Source: a virus. From it: 64,000 nt of DNA. The notes beneath the pieces are model-generated. The model was given only the letters and a program-made list of their open reading frames with translations, had not been told where the DNA came from and searched no databases. The stretch covers positions 112,685-176,684 of the IMG/VR virus record IMGVR_UViG_3300036766_000644; one strand, given 5' to 3'. The translations under genes and the position numbers were made by a program. Below, one piece after another: positions 35,777-44,797 of this stretch. Positions within the stretch are counted from its first letter, which is position 1. Each line of letters begins with the position of its first letter.

Positions 35777-36515
35777 AGCTCGGCGCTGTTGGCTGCTTCA
35801 TCAGGTGCGACAGCGACGTCCCCGGGGGCGGCTTGCCCTTCGGCTTCAAGACTGTAGCGAGGACCAGCTTGTTGTCCTTGCCTACGGTCTTGAAGGCAGC
35901 AACCGCCGCGGTGTTACCGCTGGCGTCCTTCATCGGGAGGTAATAGCGCCCAGGGGACACGTCCAGCTTGATCGCCTGTGACCGAAGCTGTGCTAGCACG
36001 TCCGGAGGGAAGTCCGCGTTGATGCGCTCCTTCAAGCGGTCATCTGCGTGGTCCGCCATCTTCGGGGCGTCGTAGTCTATGAACCGCGGATCGACTTGAG
36101 GGTGATGCTGTTTGGGCGCAGTGAGCCCTTGCAGTGCCATGTTGGTGAGCATGCTCGCCCCCATGCCCTTGTACCCGCCCAGGTAGCCGCCCAGCGTATC
36201 AGAGACCCCGCCGATTAAACCCTGGCGAAGCTTGTCCCCCTTGGGGGCCATCATCATGTTGAGCGCCATGCTCGAGAGGCCCTGCGTCGTACCTGAAGCT
36301 GCCCGGGTAGGCATGGGCGGCTCGGCGTCAGCCTTCTTGCTGAAGACAGCCAACGCCGCGGCAGCACCGCGGTCGTACGCCTTCTTCACGTGCTGCGGGA
36401 GCGACTTCTTGTTCTTCGTCGCATGCTCCCACTCGTGCACCGTCGCCTTAGAGATCTCTCCGCGCGCCGCCTTGGCGTGGAACAGCCTACGCTGGGCCTC
36501 GCTCTTGAAAGGCAT
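35775..36515 (-). CDS. protein with DUF3008-like N-terminus (SEAQRRLFHAKAARGE motif) and Gly-rich C-terminus
   Basis: The N-terminus MPFKSEAQRRLFHAKAARGEISKATVHEWEHATK matches my recollection of the DUF3008 family signature. The rest is Gly/Ala/Met-rich. Confidence 0.4.
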   Translation of the reverse strand: MPFKSEAQRRLFHAKAARGEISKATVHEWEHATKNKKSLPQHVKKAYDRGAAAALAVFSKKADAEPPMPTRAASGTTQGLSSMALNMMMAPKGDKLRQGLIGGVSDTLGGYLGGYKGMGASMLTNMALQGLTAPKQHHPQVDPRFIDYDAPKMADHADDRLKERINADFPPDVLAQLRSQAIKLDVSPGRYYLPMKDASGNTAAVAAFKTVGKDNKLVLATVLKPKGKPPPGTSLSHLMKQPTAPS

Positions 36516-36520
36516 CGCGG

Positions 36521-37795
36521 TTACCGGAAGTACGTAGCAAGTGCGTCGTCAGCGCCCGCCTGGTAGATCATTGAGCTTTTCTTGACGCGGACCTGAGGCT
36601 GGGCGCGTGCTTTGACCTCAGCAGGTTCTTTACGCGGCACCTTCCCCCCTTTACCTCCAATGGACGCGTCAATCGTCTGCGCTTTCTGCTTCAAGCTCAT
36701 CGGAGGTTTCGGTTCTGAGCTGCGGAGCTTGCCCTCAACTCCAGGGGACACCGAAGGTTCAGGGGCCGAGGGCTCACCCGGAGAACCCTTCGCCCACTCG
36801 ACGGCCTTACGCCCCTTCTCTACGACTTTCTTGGCAGCGCCGCCGACCTGCCCCGCTACTTGCTTCCCCTTCTCGACGACTTTTCCGGCCCCAGCCATCA
36901 CCGGCTCAGCGACGCCGCGGTACATCTGTCCCGCGTTTGTGTCAGCGCCCATCAGGTTCTTGTGGCCCTCTACTGCTTTTGTCCCTAGGACGGCCGCTGT
37001 CCCCAGGCCTCCAAGGATCTTCTTCTTGTTGTCGTACAGCAGCTTGGCGAGATCCTGCGCATGCCCTACGACCGGGTGTGGCGGCATCGCTACAGGGTCC
37101 ACGCCCATACCCTGGCGTAGATCGTTCGCTGCCCCGCGGATGCTCCCTCCGACGCCCTTCTGGTAGGCGTTGACGAGCCCGCCTCCCATGAGTTTCCCGC
37201 GAGTGTTCATCAGGGTGTGGTGCAGCCCGCCTGCGAGCGCAGCACCGCCACCGAGCATCAACGCTGTGTTGAGAGCGCTCGAGCCGTCGTCCCGATTGTC
37301 GTGCCCGTACTGGCCGTAGTACTCCGCCCCAGGCGGCATGCGCCCGTACGGATCTCCGTACGCCAGCTTGAACTGCTCCACGGAGGCAACCTTCGCGGCA
37401 GGGGGCCGCGGCATCTTGACCTGGTTCATACCCATTTGTTTCCTGCCTTGGTTAGCAATGTGTCTGATGTCTGATCCGATACCGCGCTGGTAGGACTGCG
37501 CGAGGGGCGTCTTCTTGTCCCCCATCAGCATGCCATGCGCCGCGTGCATGGCAAGCATACCACCGCTGGCGAGAGCGACGTTCTTCAGCGTGTCCGCCGT
37601 GTCGTCGCTCATCGAGTGGCCTGCAGCCGAAAGTAGCGCCGTCGGAATTGCCACAGCCGCCGCAGGGAGTACCGCGCCTTGAACGCTACTGATCGCGCGC
37701 TTCTTTGTCTCGGGGTCAAGCCCGCCCCACAGACCCAGCTGCGGACGACTCCACGGCCACGCGAGCTTGAACTGTTCCGCCGTCTTGTTTTTCAT
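36521..37795 (-). CDS. Gly/Ala/Met/Lys-rich low-complexity protein (424 aa) with internal duplications
   Basis: Internal repeats EQFKLAWPWSRPQLG / EQFKLAYGDPYGRMPPG and SYQRGIGSDIRHIANQGRKQMGMNQV / AYQKGVGGSIRGAANDLRQGMGVDPV. Strong codon bias. Confidence 0.45.
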   Translation of the reverse strand: MKNKTAEQFKLAWPWSRPQLGLWGGLDPETKKRAISSVQGAVLPAAAVAIPTALLSAAGHSMSDDTADTLKNVALASGGMLAMHAAHGMLMGDKKTPLAQSYQRGIGSDIRHIANQGRKQMGMNQVKMPRPPAAKVASVEQFKLAYGDPYGRMPPGAEYYGQYGHDNRDDGSSALNTALMLGGGAALAGGLHHTLMNTRGKLMGGGLVNAYQKGVGGSIRGAANDLRQGMGVDPVAMPPHPVVGHAQDLAKLLYDNKKKILGGLGTAAVLGTKAVEGHKNLMGADTNAGQMYRGVAEPVMAGAGKVVEKGKQVAGQVGGAAKKVVEKGRKAVEWAKGSPGEPSAPEPSVSPGVEGKLRSSEPKPPMSLKQKAQTIDASIGGKGGKVPRKEPAEVKARAQPQVRVKKSSMIYQAGADDALATYFR

Positions 37796-38262
37796 GCGGC
37801 TCCCCCGGGGAGGCCATGCTGTTCCCCCACATGTCCTGGCATTGGCCCGACGGCGGGACCTTTGGCTCCGCGATTGTAGTTCGTGATCCCGGTGGGGGCA
37901 GGCTTACTTTTCGAGAGGCGATCCATGCCTTCATCCACAGCGGCGCCAGCCAACAGCCCAGCCCCGCCCGGGATCGCCGCTGTCCCCGCGGCTCCGAGAG
38001 CTCTAGCTGCTCCCGTTTGAAAGTTTTCACCGCTTGCGATGCTGCCAATGGCTGACCCGCCAGCGGCTAGCGCCATTCCTGGGAGAGTCCCTACAACGGG
38101 CACAACGCCAGCAGCTCTCCCGAGCCACTTCATGGCATTCCCACCCCATTTGGCGGCGCGCCCCGCTAGCGCGCCCCAATTGACAGCTTCTTTCGTCAGC
38201 CCGTAGGCCCCAAGAGCGGTGTACTCGCCGTGGTCGTACGCCGCCTTGGTGAGGTCAAACAT
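37792..38262 (-). CDS. Gly/Ala-rich protein (156 aa)
   Basis: ATGA coupling with the downstream gene. Low-complexity AGGA-rich product. Confidence 0.4.
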   Translation of the reverse strand: MFDLTKAAYDHGEYTALGAYGLTKEAVNWGALAGRAAKWGGNAMKWLGRAAGVVPVVGTLPGMALAAGGSAIGSIASGENFQTGAARALGAAGTAAIPGGAGLLAGAAVDEGMDRLSKSKPAPTGITNYNRGAKGPAVGPMPGHVGEQHGLPGGAA

Positions 38263-38297
38263 GCAGGCAGTATAGGGGAGAACGTCTCCCCCTGCGA

Positions 38298-38762
38298 CTA
38301 CCGGTTACGGCCTTTACCGAAGAACGGTGCCTTCGTCGCGGCAGGGGCAGGGGCCTCTTCCACGACGGGGGCGGCTACCGGCGTCTCCTCGGGTACCGGG
38401 GCGGGCTCCTCGACAGGGGGAGCTACGGGCTCCGGCACCGGCTCAGGCACTACGACAGGCTCAGGCGGCGGAGGCGGGGGAGGAGGAACTACGACCGGCG
38501 CGGGAGGCGTGACGGCGACAGCTGCGTCGGCGACGGAGTATTTCAGCCACCCGACGTTCGTCAGCTTGTCGAGGCCTTCCTTGAGCTGGCGAAGCTGGGC
38601 GTCGGTGACATCGACAGCTTTTGTTTCTTTCGCCGGGAGGGTGATCGTGATTATCGAGGGATCCCCTACGATGATCGAAGATGCGAACGTGCTGGTAAGC
38701 GTCAGCTTAGGCATGGGTAGATCCTTTGGTTGTACGAATGGTGCAGGTTTTACAGGGCTCAT
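38298..38762 (-). CDS. Pro/Glu/Val-rich protein (154 aa) with polyproline tract
   Basis: PPPPPPPPEPVVVPEPVPEPVAPPVEEPAPVPEE tract. The minus strand is preferred over the overlapping plus ORF because of the operon context. Confidence 0.4.
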   Translation of the reverse strand: MSPVKPAPFVQPKDLPMPKLTLTSTFASSIIVGDPSIITITLPAKETKAVDVTDAQLRQLKEGLDKLTNVGWLKYSVADAAVAVTPPAPVVVPPPPPPPPEPVVVPEPVPEPVAPPVEEPAPVPEETPVAAPVVEEAPAPAATKAPFFGKGRNR

Positions 38763-38934
38763 CGTACCGGCGCAAGAGGTACAGCAGGAACTCTTTCAAG
38801 TGTTCGCGTCGGTACAAATCCGCCAGGGGTATTCCGTTTTCTACCGCGTGGTCGATCAGGTTAAAGAAACGATCCACCCTCTCTTCGGGAGCTAGTGAAT
38901 CGTCTTTCCACGCGTAGATTCCGTTGAGGGGCAC
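38707..38934 (-). CDS. hypothetical protein (75 aa)
   Basis: Short ORF overlapping the start of the downstream gene. Confidence 0.3.
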   Translation of the reverse strand: MPLNGIYAWKDDSLAPEERVDRFFNLIDHAVENGIPLADLYRREHLKEFLLYLLRRYDEPCKTCTIRTTKGSTHA

Positions 38935-38947
38935 GCAGAAGTATAGA

Positions 38948-39448
38948 CTACTCTTCTTGCTTCTCCGCCAAGGGGATGGGGAAAAGGAGCTCCCAGCACT
39001 CAGGTGCTTTCAGTACGATGCCGAACTCCTTCAGGGCCTCCCCAGCAGCAGCGTCATCGTCGATGATCAGGAAGTTGTTGTCCCGATTCTCCAGCCCTTG
39101 TCGGAAGTTCAGTAGCTGTTCCCGCTTGTACTCCGCGGCGTTGAGCATGTTCCCGTTTGGGCGCATCAACAGGAGCGTGTCCGGCAGCGTGATGTTCAGC
39201 TTCTCCAGGAGCCACCGCATCGTAGCGTCCCGCAGGTCCTCGTGCCGCCCAGTGAGGATGACGAGGTCGTACTTCAAAGCCTGTAGCTGCTCGAGGACTC
39301 GCTCTGCCCCGGCGACGACAGGATCTTTGATGACCCGGTCCGGAGATAGGAACGAGTCCCAGTCTTTCGGCTCCTTCTCCACGAAGTGCGCTCGGTGGGC
39401 ATTGTCAGCGAGGGTCTGGTCTAGATCTAGAACGATGAACATGGTCAA
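38948..39448 (-). CDS. HAD-superfamily phosphatase
   Basis: Motif I is VLDLDQTL, DxDxT. It is followed by a downstream Thr/Gly and a Lys, and then the Asp-rich FLIIDDD as motif IV. 166 aa. Confidence 0.6.
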   Translation of the reverse strand: MTMFIVLDLDQTLADNAHRAHFVEKEPKDWDSFLSPDRVIKDPVVAGAERVLEQLQALKYDLVILTGRHEDLRDATMRWLLEKLNITLPDTLLLMRPNGNMLNAAEYKREQLLNFRQGLENRDNNFLIIDDDAAAGEALKEFGIVLKAPECWELLFPIPLAEKQEE

Positions 39449-39678
39449 CCTTTGACTTTCTTTTTACGGCTTGCGTACTTCTTCTGGTGCTTACGAGCTT
39501 GCGCCAATCGCAACTCGCGCTCTTCCGGGGTCTCGTTCTTCAGTTTCTCGGCGTATCTCTCTCGGTAGTACTTCTTCGCTTCGTCGTGGTTCCGCCGGTA
39601 CCATGCTCTCCAAGCTGCTCGGGATCTAGCCTTTGTTTCTTCGGTTTTTCCCACCGTAGCTTCCTTTCTGCGCTTCAT
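39445..39678 (-). CDS. small basic protein (77 aa)
   Basis: Arg/Lys-rich helical ORF. ATGA overlap with the HAD gene. Confidence 0.35.
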   Translation of the reverse strand: MKRRKEATVGKTEETKARSRAAWRAWYRRNHDEAKKYYRERYAEKLKNETPEERELRLAQARKHQKKYASRKKKVKG

Positions 39679-39838
39679 AGAATGTTTGCGCTTGTTCGAG
39701 GAGCGCCGTCTCCGCTTTGATGAACTTGACCCTGTCTTCGATCTTCAATGACAGGCTTGCTTTTAGACGCCACGCTCCGAAAGACATCGCCGCTCGGATC
39801 AGCTTCTGCTCAGGGCTTAGCATGGGGCATCTCCTCAA
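39626..39838 (-). CDS. hypothetical protein (70 aa)
   Basis: Short ORF within the operon. Confidence 0.3.
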   Translation of the reverse strand: MRRCPMLSPEQKLIRAAMSFGAWRLKASLSLKIEDRVKFIKAETALLEQAQTFYEAQKGSYGGKNRRNKG

Positions 39839-40097
39839 GAAGTTCGCGAGTCGCCCAGTCGAGTGGCGGGCCCATGCTGTCTTTGAAGGGCAGGTCTAGC
39901 TGGTTGCGGTACACGCCCCCATCAGGGAAACGCAGCTCCCAGAGCGTCGATCCGGTGTTGGTCTTTCCCGACAGCCAGTGCTTACCTTTGTGCTGCCACA
40001 GGGTGTCCAGACCTACAGCCCACGACGGCCAGTCACTCGGGGTAACGCTTTTCCACATAGGTGCTCCTAAGGACAGCGAGGAGCCCTCTCGTACCAT
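39810..40097 (-). CDS. hypothetical protein (95 aa), Trp-rich
   Basis: ORF with codon bias downstream of the helicase. Confidence 0.35.
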   Translation of the reverse strand: MVREGSSLSLGAPMWKSVTPSDWPSWAVGLDTLWQHKGKHWLSGKTNTGSTLWELRFPDGGVYRNQLDLPFKDSMGPPLDWATRELLEEMPHAKP

Positions 40098-40113
40098 TTG
40101 TATATCAGCAGTG

Positions 40114-41580
40114 TCAATCGTTTTCAGGCTGACGCAGCATTTGCCGAACCTGTTGGTTTAGTTGCTCTTTGCGGGAGCCCATTTCATCGAGGTACTCATC
40201 GACGCCGTACCCAGGCTTCCGAAGGCCTGTACGCTCCAGGAGCCCCTGCGGAGCCCGCGTGGCGAGGTAGCGCTGGACCAGCACCTTCCGCTCATCCTCA
40301 GGCAACGCAGCGTGGCTCTTGTAACGGATCCCTCGTCCGATGACTTGCTTCAACTTCTCCTGATTCCAGTGTGGCTCGAGCAGCTGAATGAGGCGCGTCC
40401 CCTTGAGGTCAAGACCCTCGCCGCCAGCGCTCGACAGGAGCAGCGCTTTCAGCTTGTTGTCGTTGTAGTCCTTGACCATCTGGTCGCGGGTCGCACGAGC
40501 CATGCTTCCGGTGAACGACCCATGTGGGATACCGAGCTCCTCGAGCTTCTTCTTGTACGGGTCGATCCCCGACTCAAGGTAGTGCGAGTAGACGATTGCC
40601 TTGGCGTTCGGGTTCTTCTCCAACATCTTCTGGAGCTCCTGAACGGCACGGTCAATCTTCGGCTGGTTCGCTGGTTCGACGCTGGTGTCGAACCCCCGGG
40701 TCGTATTCGAGATTTGCCGGACACCGCTCAGGAATGAGTTGAGCTGCTTGGCCTCCGCTTTCGTGGGCGGGAGGTTCTGCAGAACTTTGTTCCGCACCCA
40801 GCTTGGTTGATCCGCGGTCACGTGCGAATAGAGCTTCATTTGCCCCGAGGTCATCGGTACGCGGACTGTCTCGTCTTCTCGTGTCGGGAAGTTCTCTGTG
40901 CTCCCGGGGTGGTAGTCGACGTACTTGTCGAGTGCGTGCTGGAGGTACCCGGTGCTCCGAGGGTTGAGGCGTGTTTGGTACGACGCCGGGGTACCCCTCA
41001 GGCGGTCCCAGAGCCCTCGTTTGTTGGGTACGTCCATCAGGAAGCGCTGGGTAAACGCGTCGGGGTCTTCGGGAAGGATTGACCGGCCCGCCACGAAGTT
41101 GATCGGCCCTGCGACGTCGGAAGGATGGTTGTAGAGGAGTGACCCCGTAAGGGCGAGTCGCTTCTCCGCAGGAGACGCCTTGAGACCCGCTCGAGCCTTC
41201 CCTGCGTTTCTGATTCGATGCGCCTCATCAACGATCAGGAGTGGTTGGTGCAGCCCCGCCCCTTCGTTTCGTGCGACCCCTTCGATGCTCTGTAGGTGGG
41301 ACGGCAGCGGCTTGTTCGTGTGAGCTTTGATCTCCTTGCTGTAGTTCGACTGAAGGGCTGCAGGAGTGACTACATCGGACGGAAGGCCGAGCGCCTCCTG
41401 CACCGCGATGCTGGTCAACGTCTTTCCAGAGCCGAGTCCGTGCGCAGCTACGAGTCCTGGCTGGTCTTCGTCTTCCATGCGGTCTACGACCCGCTGCTGG
41501 TGGGGCTTCAGCTTCGTGGTGAGCTTGGCGATCTTGAACCGCTCAAGCATGTGCGTGCTGGTCATCGGTTCCTCCGCCAC
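40114..41580 (-). CDS. SNF2/DEAH-family superfamily-2 helicase
   Basis: Motif I AAHGLGSGKTLTS. DEAH box LIVDEAHRIRN. Helicase C-terminal motifs LSSAGGEGLDL and QVIGRGIRYKS. Confidence 0.65.
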   Translation of the reverse strand: MAEEPMTSTHMLERFKIAKLTTKLKPHQQRVVDRMEDEDQPGLVAAHGLGSGKTLTSIAVQEALGLPSDVVTPAALQSNYSKEIKAHTNKPLPSHLQSIEGVARNEGAGLHQPLLIVDEAHRIRNAGKARAGLKASPAEKRLALTGSLLYNHPSDVAGPINFVAGRSILPEDPDAFTQRFLMDVPNKRGLWDRLRGTPASYQTRLNPRSTGYLQHALDKYVDYHPGSTENFPTREDETVRVPMTSGQMKLYSHVTADQPSWVRNKVLQNLPPTKAEAKQLNSFLSGVRQISNTTRGFDTSVEPANQPKIDRAVQELQKMLEKNPNAKAIVYSHYLESGIDPYKKKLEELGIPHGSFTGSMARATRDQMVKDYNDNKLKALLLSSAGGEGLDLKGTRLIQLLEPHWNQEKLKQVIGRGIRYKSHAALPEDERKVLVQRYLATRAPQGLLERTGLRKPGYGVDEYLDEMGSRKEQLNQQVRQMLRQPEND

Positions 41581-41821
41581 ATACGGTGCAGGTGCCCTCG
41601 GCGTGCCCCAAGCTCACGTTGGCCTCCGTACGCAATACCGGCTCCTTCGTTCCTGCGTCCAGGTACAGGGTAGCATTCCCCTGGATCTCCACGTACGACG
41701 TTTCGATGCGTCGCCCGTCAGCGTACTGCACCAGGAATGACGTCTTCTTGGGGAGACGTTTGATCGAAATCTTCTTGACCTTCTCGTCTCCTACCGAACG
41801 CTTCGTGCGCCTAGGACTCAT
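41543..41821 (-). CDS. hypothetical protein (92 aa) with C-terminal CxxC
   Basis: ORF between the receiver-domain gene and the helicase. It overlaps both neighbours slightly. Confidence 0.35.
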   Translation of the reverse strand: MSPRRTKRSVGDEKVKKISIKRLPKKTSFLVQYADGRRIETSYVEIQGNATLYLDAGTKEPVLRTEANVSLGHAEGTCTVCGGGTDDQHAHA

Positions 41822-42167
41822 CGCCTACCGCCTTGTACAGTTCGTGGAGCCCGAACGGTTTACTCAGTAGCTCCGCGGCCACGGTCTTCTTAGCTCGGAT
41901 TTCCGCGGCATTCAGCACACCGGACATGATGACCACCCGGATTCCTGCCAGGTACCCTCCGAGGCGCAGCACCTCTAGCATCTCGAGCCCATCGCTGTTG
42001 GGCATGGAGATGTCGGTCAAGAGAACGTCGGGCTGGTGCAGAATGAATCGTGCCGTGCCGTCCACGCCGTCTTCTGCTTCGAGCACGGTCCACCCGTGCT
42101 TCTCCAAAGCCAGGTGTACGAACTTTCTGATGGACTCGTCGTCATCGACGACCAGCACGGTTTTCAC
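41811..42167 (-). CDS. stand-alone CheY-like response-regulator receiver domain
   Basis: It carries the acidic pocket VVDDDE and the phospho-acceptor Asp in LLTDISMP. VVIMSG occupies the conserved Thr/Ser position, and the conserved Lys sits in LSKPF. 118 aa. First gene of the leftward operon. Confidence 0.65.
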   Translation of the reverse strand: MKTVLVVDDDESIRKFVHLALEKHGWTVLEAEDGVDGTARFILHQPDVLLTDISMPNSDGLEMLEVLRLGGYLAGIRVVIMSGVLNAAEIRAKKTVAAELLSKPFGLHELYKAVGDES

Positions 42168-42242
42168 CCCTCAAGTGTAGGCCTTCCCGCCCGTAAAAGC
42201 TGGCCCTTTTGGGTATAAGCCCCTGAACCAAAGGAGGCTGCA

Positions 42243-42503
42243 TTGACGATCCACATATCGAAGGATGGAACGCCGACCCTGTTCGACGGTCCGAAGGCAG
42301 TCAATTTTTTTCGCATGAACGCCCTGCTCAGCGGCATGCGGTTGGAGCTCCGGTCCGGGATGAAGCTGTCCCGTGGGCCGTCTTGCTTCGCTCGTGTGAA
42401 GAAGGAGTACGGCCTCAAGGGGAACAAGCAGAAGTTGATCGAGCAGTTCGAGAAGCTGGTCGCCGCGGAGAACAAGACGATGGAGTACAAGCACGATGCC
42501 TAA
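42243..42503 (+). CDS. hypothetical protein (86 aa)
   Basis: TTG start preceded by AAGGAGG. Charged helical product. Confidence 0.4.
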   Translation: MTIHISKDGTPTLFDGPKAVNFFRMNALLSGMRLELRSGMKLSRGPSCFARVKKEYGLKGNKQKLIEQFEKLVAAENKTMEYKHDA

Positions 42504-43140
42504 CTGGTGCGAAAACATCCTGAAGGTGGAAGGTCCGGCTAAAGAGATCTCAAAGTTCAAGAAGCTGGCGAGGGGACGCGGGCCCAATCCACAGCCAAAC
42601 GACCCGATTCTACTGCTGTCACTACACGCCCTCGTTCCGCAGCCCGCGGAGTTAAAAGAAGAGGGATCCGCCTGGTACGCCTGGCGCTTCAAAAACTGGG
42701 GCACGAAGTGGGAGGTGGAGGCGCGGTTCATCAGCGAAGACAAGAAGTGCCTCGAGTACGGCTTCGACTCCGCATGGACTCCCCCGACGGAGTGGTTGAC
42801 GCAGGTCGGCCCGAAGTTCCCGAAGCTTTCTTTTCGCCTCTGGTACGCTGAAGGAGGCTGTTACTTCGCAGGCGTGTGTACCGTCGAAGATGACAACGTC
42901 TCTACCGAGGAGCTTGACTACGTAGAGGCGCAGATCCAAGAGCGGGGGAGCTACCAAGTACAGTGCGGCTACTGCGACGTTGAGATCGAGATTACGAGCA
43001 AGGACGCTGTCCGTATCTGTGATGAGTGCCTACAGCACCGCTGCGCAAACTGCCAGAAAGAAGACGACGTACACGTCGACGGGAAATGCCCCTTCGACGC
43101 CACGGTGTTCAAGCACGTTGACCCGAAGAAGGTAACATGA
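42496..43140 (+). CDS. Cys-His motif family protein (paralogue 2 of 5), with additional Cys pairs
   Basis: C-terminus QHRCANCQKEDDVHVDGKCPFDATVFKH. Upstream CGYCD ... ICDEC. Confidence 0.5.
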   Translation: MPNWCENILKVEGPAKEISKFKKLARGRGPNPQPNDPILLLSLHALVPQPAELKEEGSAWYAWRFKNWGTKWEVEARFISEDKKCLEYGFDSAWTPPTEWLTQVGPKFPKLSFRLWYAEGGCYFAGVCTVEDDNVSTEELDYVEAQIQERGSYQVQCGYCDVEIEITSKDAVRICDECLQHRCANCQKEDDVHVDGKCPFDATVFKHVDPKKVT

Positions 43141-43451
43141 AGAAAGCCTGGGACACGAAGCCGCTCTGCAAGGTCTGCAAGCAGATCCGAACAAAGAGCA
43201 TCATCTGCTCGTACTGCATGGGCAAGGCGAGCGTTCGTAAGGCGGTGAAGCAAGGCTTCATCCCGAAGTACACCGCGGAGAAACCGCCGCAGCCCACCAA
43301 GGCCCAAGAGAAGGCCTATGTGGAGGCCGCCCAGCGGGTACACCATGACGAAGGAACGTGCGAGATCGACGACGGAGCCACGGTGAGCTGGGCGCCTGAG
43401 GGCGGCGGTGCGTACGTCCAGGCATGGGTGTGGGTCAGCGATGACGACTGA
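43137..43451 (+). CDS. zinc-ribbon protein (104 aa)
   Basis: CKVCKQIRTKSIICSYCMGK. ATGA coupling. Confidence 0.45.
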   Translation: MKKAWDTKPLCKVCKQIRTKSIICSYCMGKASVRKAVKQGFIPKYTAEKPPQPTKAQEKAYVEAAQRVHHDEGTCEIDDGATVSWAPEGGGAYVQAWVWVSDDD

Positions 43452-43832
43452 CTACTTCCTGATGTCGGCACCGTACTGCGCCCCGCTGGTGGCGTAGCCG
43501 GTTCCGGCGTCGGGGAACTTCTCGGGATTCGGCTTCTTGACTGTGTCGAGGAGCGCGTTGGTCTCAGGTGTCCCTGGTTGTGTCAGGGATGATCGCTTGA
43601 CCCCAAAGTGATGCCGGGCAGCATCGATGCCTGATCGGTAGGCGACGGCCCGCTGTTCCTTGAAAGGTCCGTCCATGAAGTGGTTCCCCCCAGAGGCGTT
43701 GCTCGAGTCAGCAGCCGAGTTCGGCATAGCTGACCCCATTCCAGAGCTGCCGTGCTCTTCACGGATGACGTTGCCCGGCATCCATGAGGCGCCGTCGGGC
43801 TGGATGGTGCTGTGCTCGTAGGCTGTTTTCAC
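43452..43832 (-). CDS. hypothetical protein (126 aa)
   Basis: Convergent ORF with moderate codon bias. Confidence 0.3.
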   Translation of the reverse strand: MKTAYEHSTIQPDGASWMPGNVIREEHGSSGMGSAMPNSAADSSNASGGNHFMDGPFKEQRAVAYRSGIDAARHHFGVKRSSLTQPGTPETNALLDTVKKPNPEKFPDAGTGYATSGAQYGADIRK

Positions 43833-43859
43833 AAGACCAGTTTAGCCTATACTGGCCGC

Positions 43860-44321
43860 ATGCACCCTCTTCAACAGCACTACGTCGGTGGTAGCGACGC
43901 CGCCCTCTGCGCCTTCGGCCTCGAGAAGGTCGCCGTTGTGGCTTCTGGCAAGCTTACAGGCATGGAACGGATCATGGCTGAGCGAAAGCTGAACCCTCTT
44001 CCGGGGCAAACCGCGGGCAAGAGTCCGCTCCCGCTTCCAGCCGCTCCCGCCGCTCCGATGCAGCTTGAACAAGGGTTTGGTGGAGGCCCAGGGGCTGCGC
44101 CGGGATTCGGGGGTGGTGGTCTGCCACTGGACATGCCGACGTCACGTTCGCAAGAGTCGCTGAAGCCTGGCGGCGGGGCGCTGCGCGCCGGTCTCCTACC
44201 GAAGTCGGTAACCGGGGCAGGAAGCATCCCAGGGCAAGCAGCCATCGCTGAGCGGGCAGCTACTGCAGTACCCACGCGCTTCAATCTCCCAAACAAGCTA
44301 GCTTCGTTTATGACCCAGTGA
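43860..44321 (+). CDS. Gly/Pro/Ala-rich protein (153 aa)
   Basis: ATG at 43860. The track ORF starts earlier at 43812. Confidence 0.35.
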   Translation: MHPLQQHYVGGSDAALCAFGLEKVAVVASGKLTGMERIMAERKLNPLPGQTAGKSPLPLPAAPAAPMQLEQGFGGGPGAAPGFGGGGLPLDMPTSRSQESLKPGGGALRAGLLPKSVTGAGSIPGQAAIAERAATAVPTRFNLPNKLASFMTQ

Positions 44322-44326
44322 CCGGA

Positions 44327-44797
44327 TTACCGCTTTAAGGCTCCGGGTGTTCCTGGAATCCGTGCGTTCACCGTTTTGCTCGGGTCGGTCAATCCGTGTG
44401 GGTCCACGAACGTCGGGGCTGTGATCTTCGGTGCAACGCCGGGTACAAAAGTTTGTTCCGTTGGACCCGCTGGGACAACGGGCTTTACGGGTCTCTGGGG
44501 CGCCGGGCCTATTCTCGAATCAAGCGGAGACGGATTACCTCCGCCTACGATTGGCCCTCGGGGCGTTGGACTTTGTGTCGCGCTTATGTTGATCCTATCT
44601 CGGATCATACTATTGAGACGCGCAGGCGATACAGCGCCTCCGTAGATTCGCTCCATGCGCCGCAAGTCATCTGAGCTGAGGACGGCAAACTTCGCCAGTC
44701 CGTCTTCAACACCCTGGGCGTACGCGAGCTCGTTCAGCATGCCAGAAGTATAGGCGCTCTCTTTGGTAAAAGGAATGAAAGGAAAACGTGTGACCAA
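44327..44797 (-). CDS. hypothetical protein (156 aa)
   Basis: ORF with codon bias. Pro/Gly-rich C-terminus. Confidence 0.35.
   Translation of the reverse strand: MVTRFPFIPFTKESAYTSGMLNELAYAQGVEDGLAKFAVLSSDDLRRMERIYGGAVSPARLNSMIRDRINISATQSPTPRGPIVGGGNPSPLDSRIGPAPQRPVKPVVPAGPTEQTFVPGVAPKITAPTFVDPHGLTDPSKTVNARIPGTPGALKR

Noticed and set aside
38230-38895. Plus-strand 221-aa Gly/Thr-rich ORF opposite the polyproline gene
   Set aside because: The surrounding genes are all on the minus strand and coupled. The plus ORF is the antisense reading of the CCN repeats. The choice remains somewhat uncertain.
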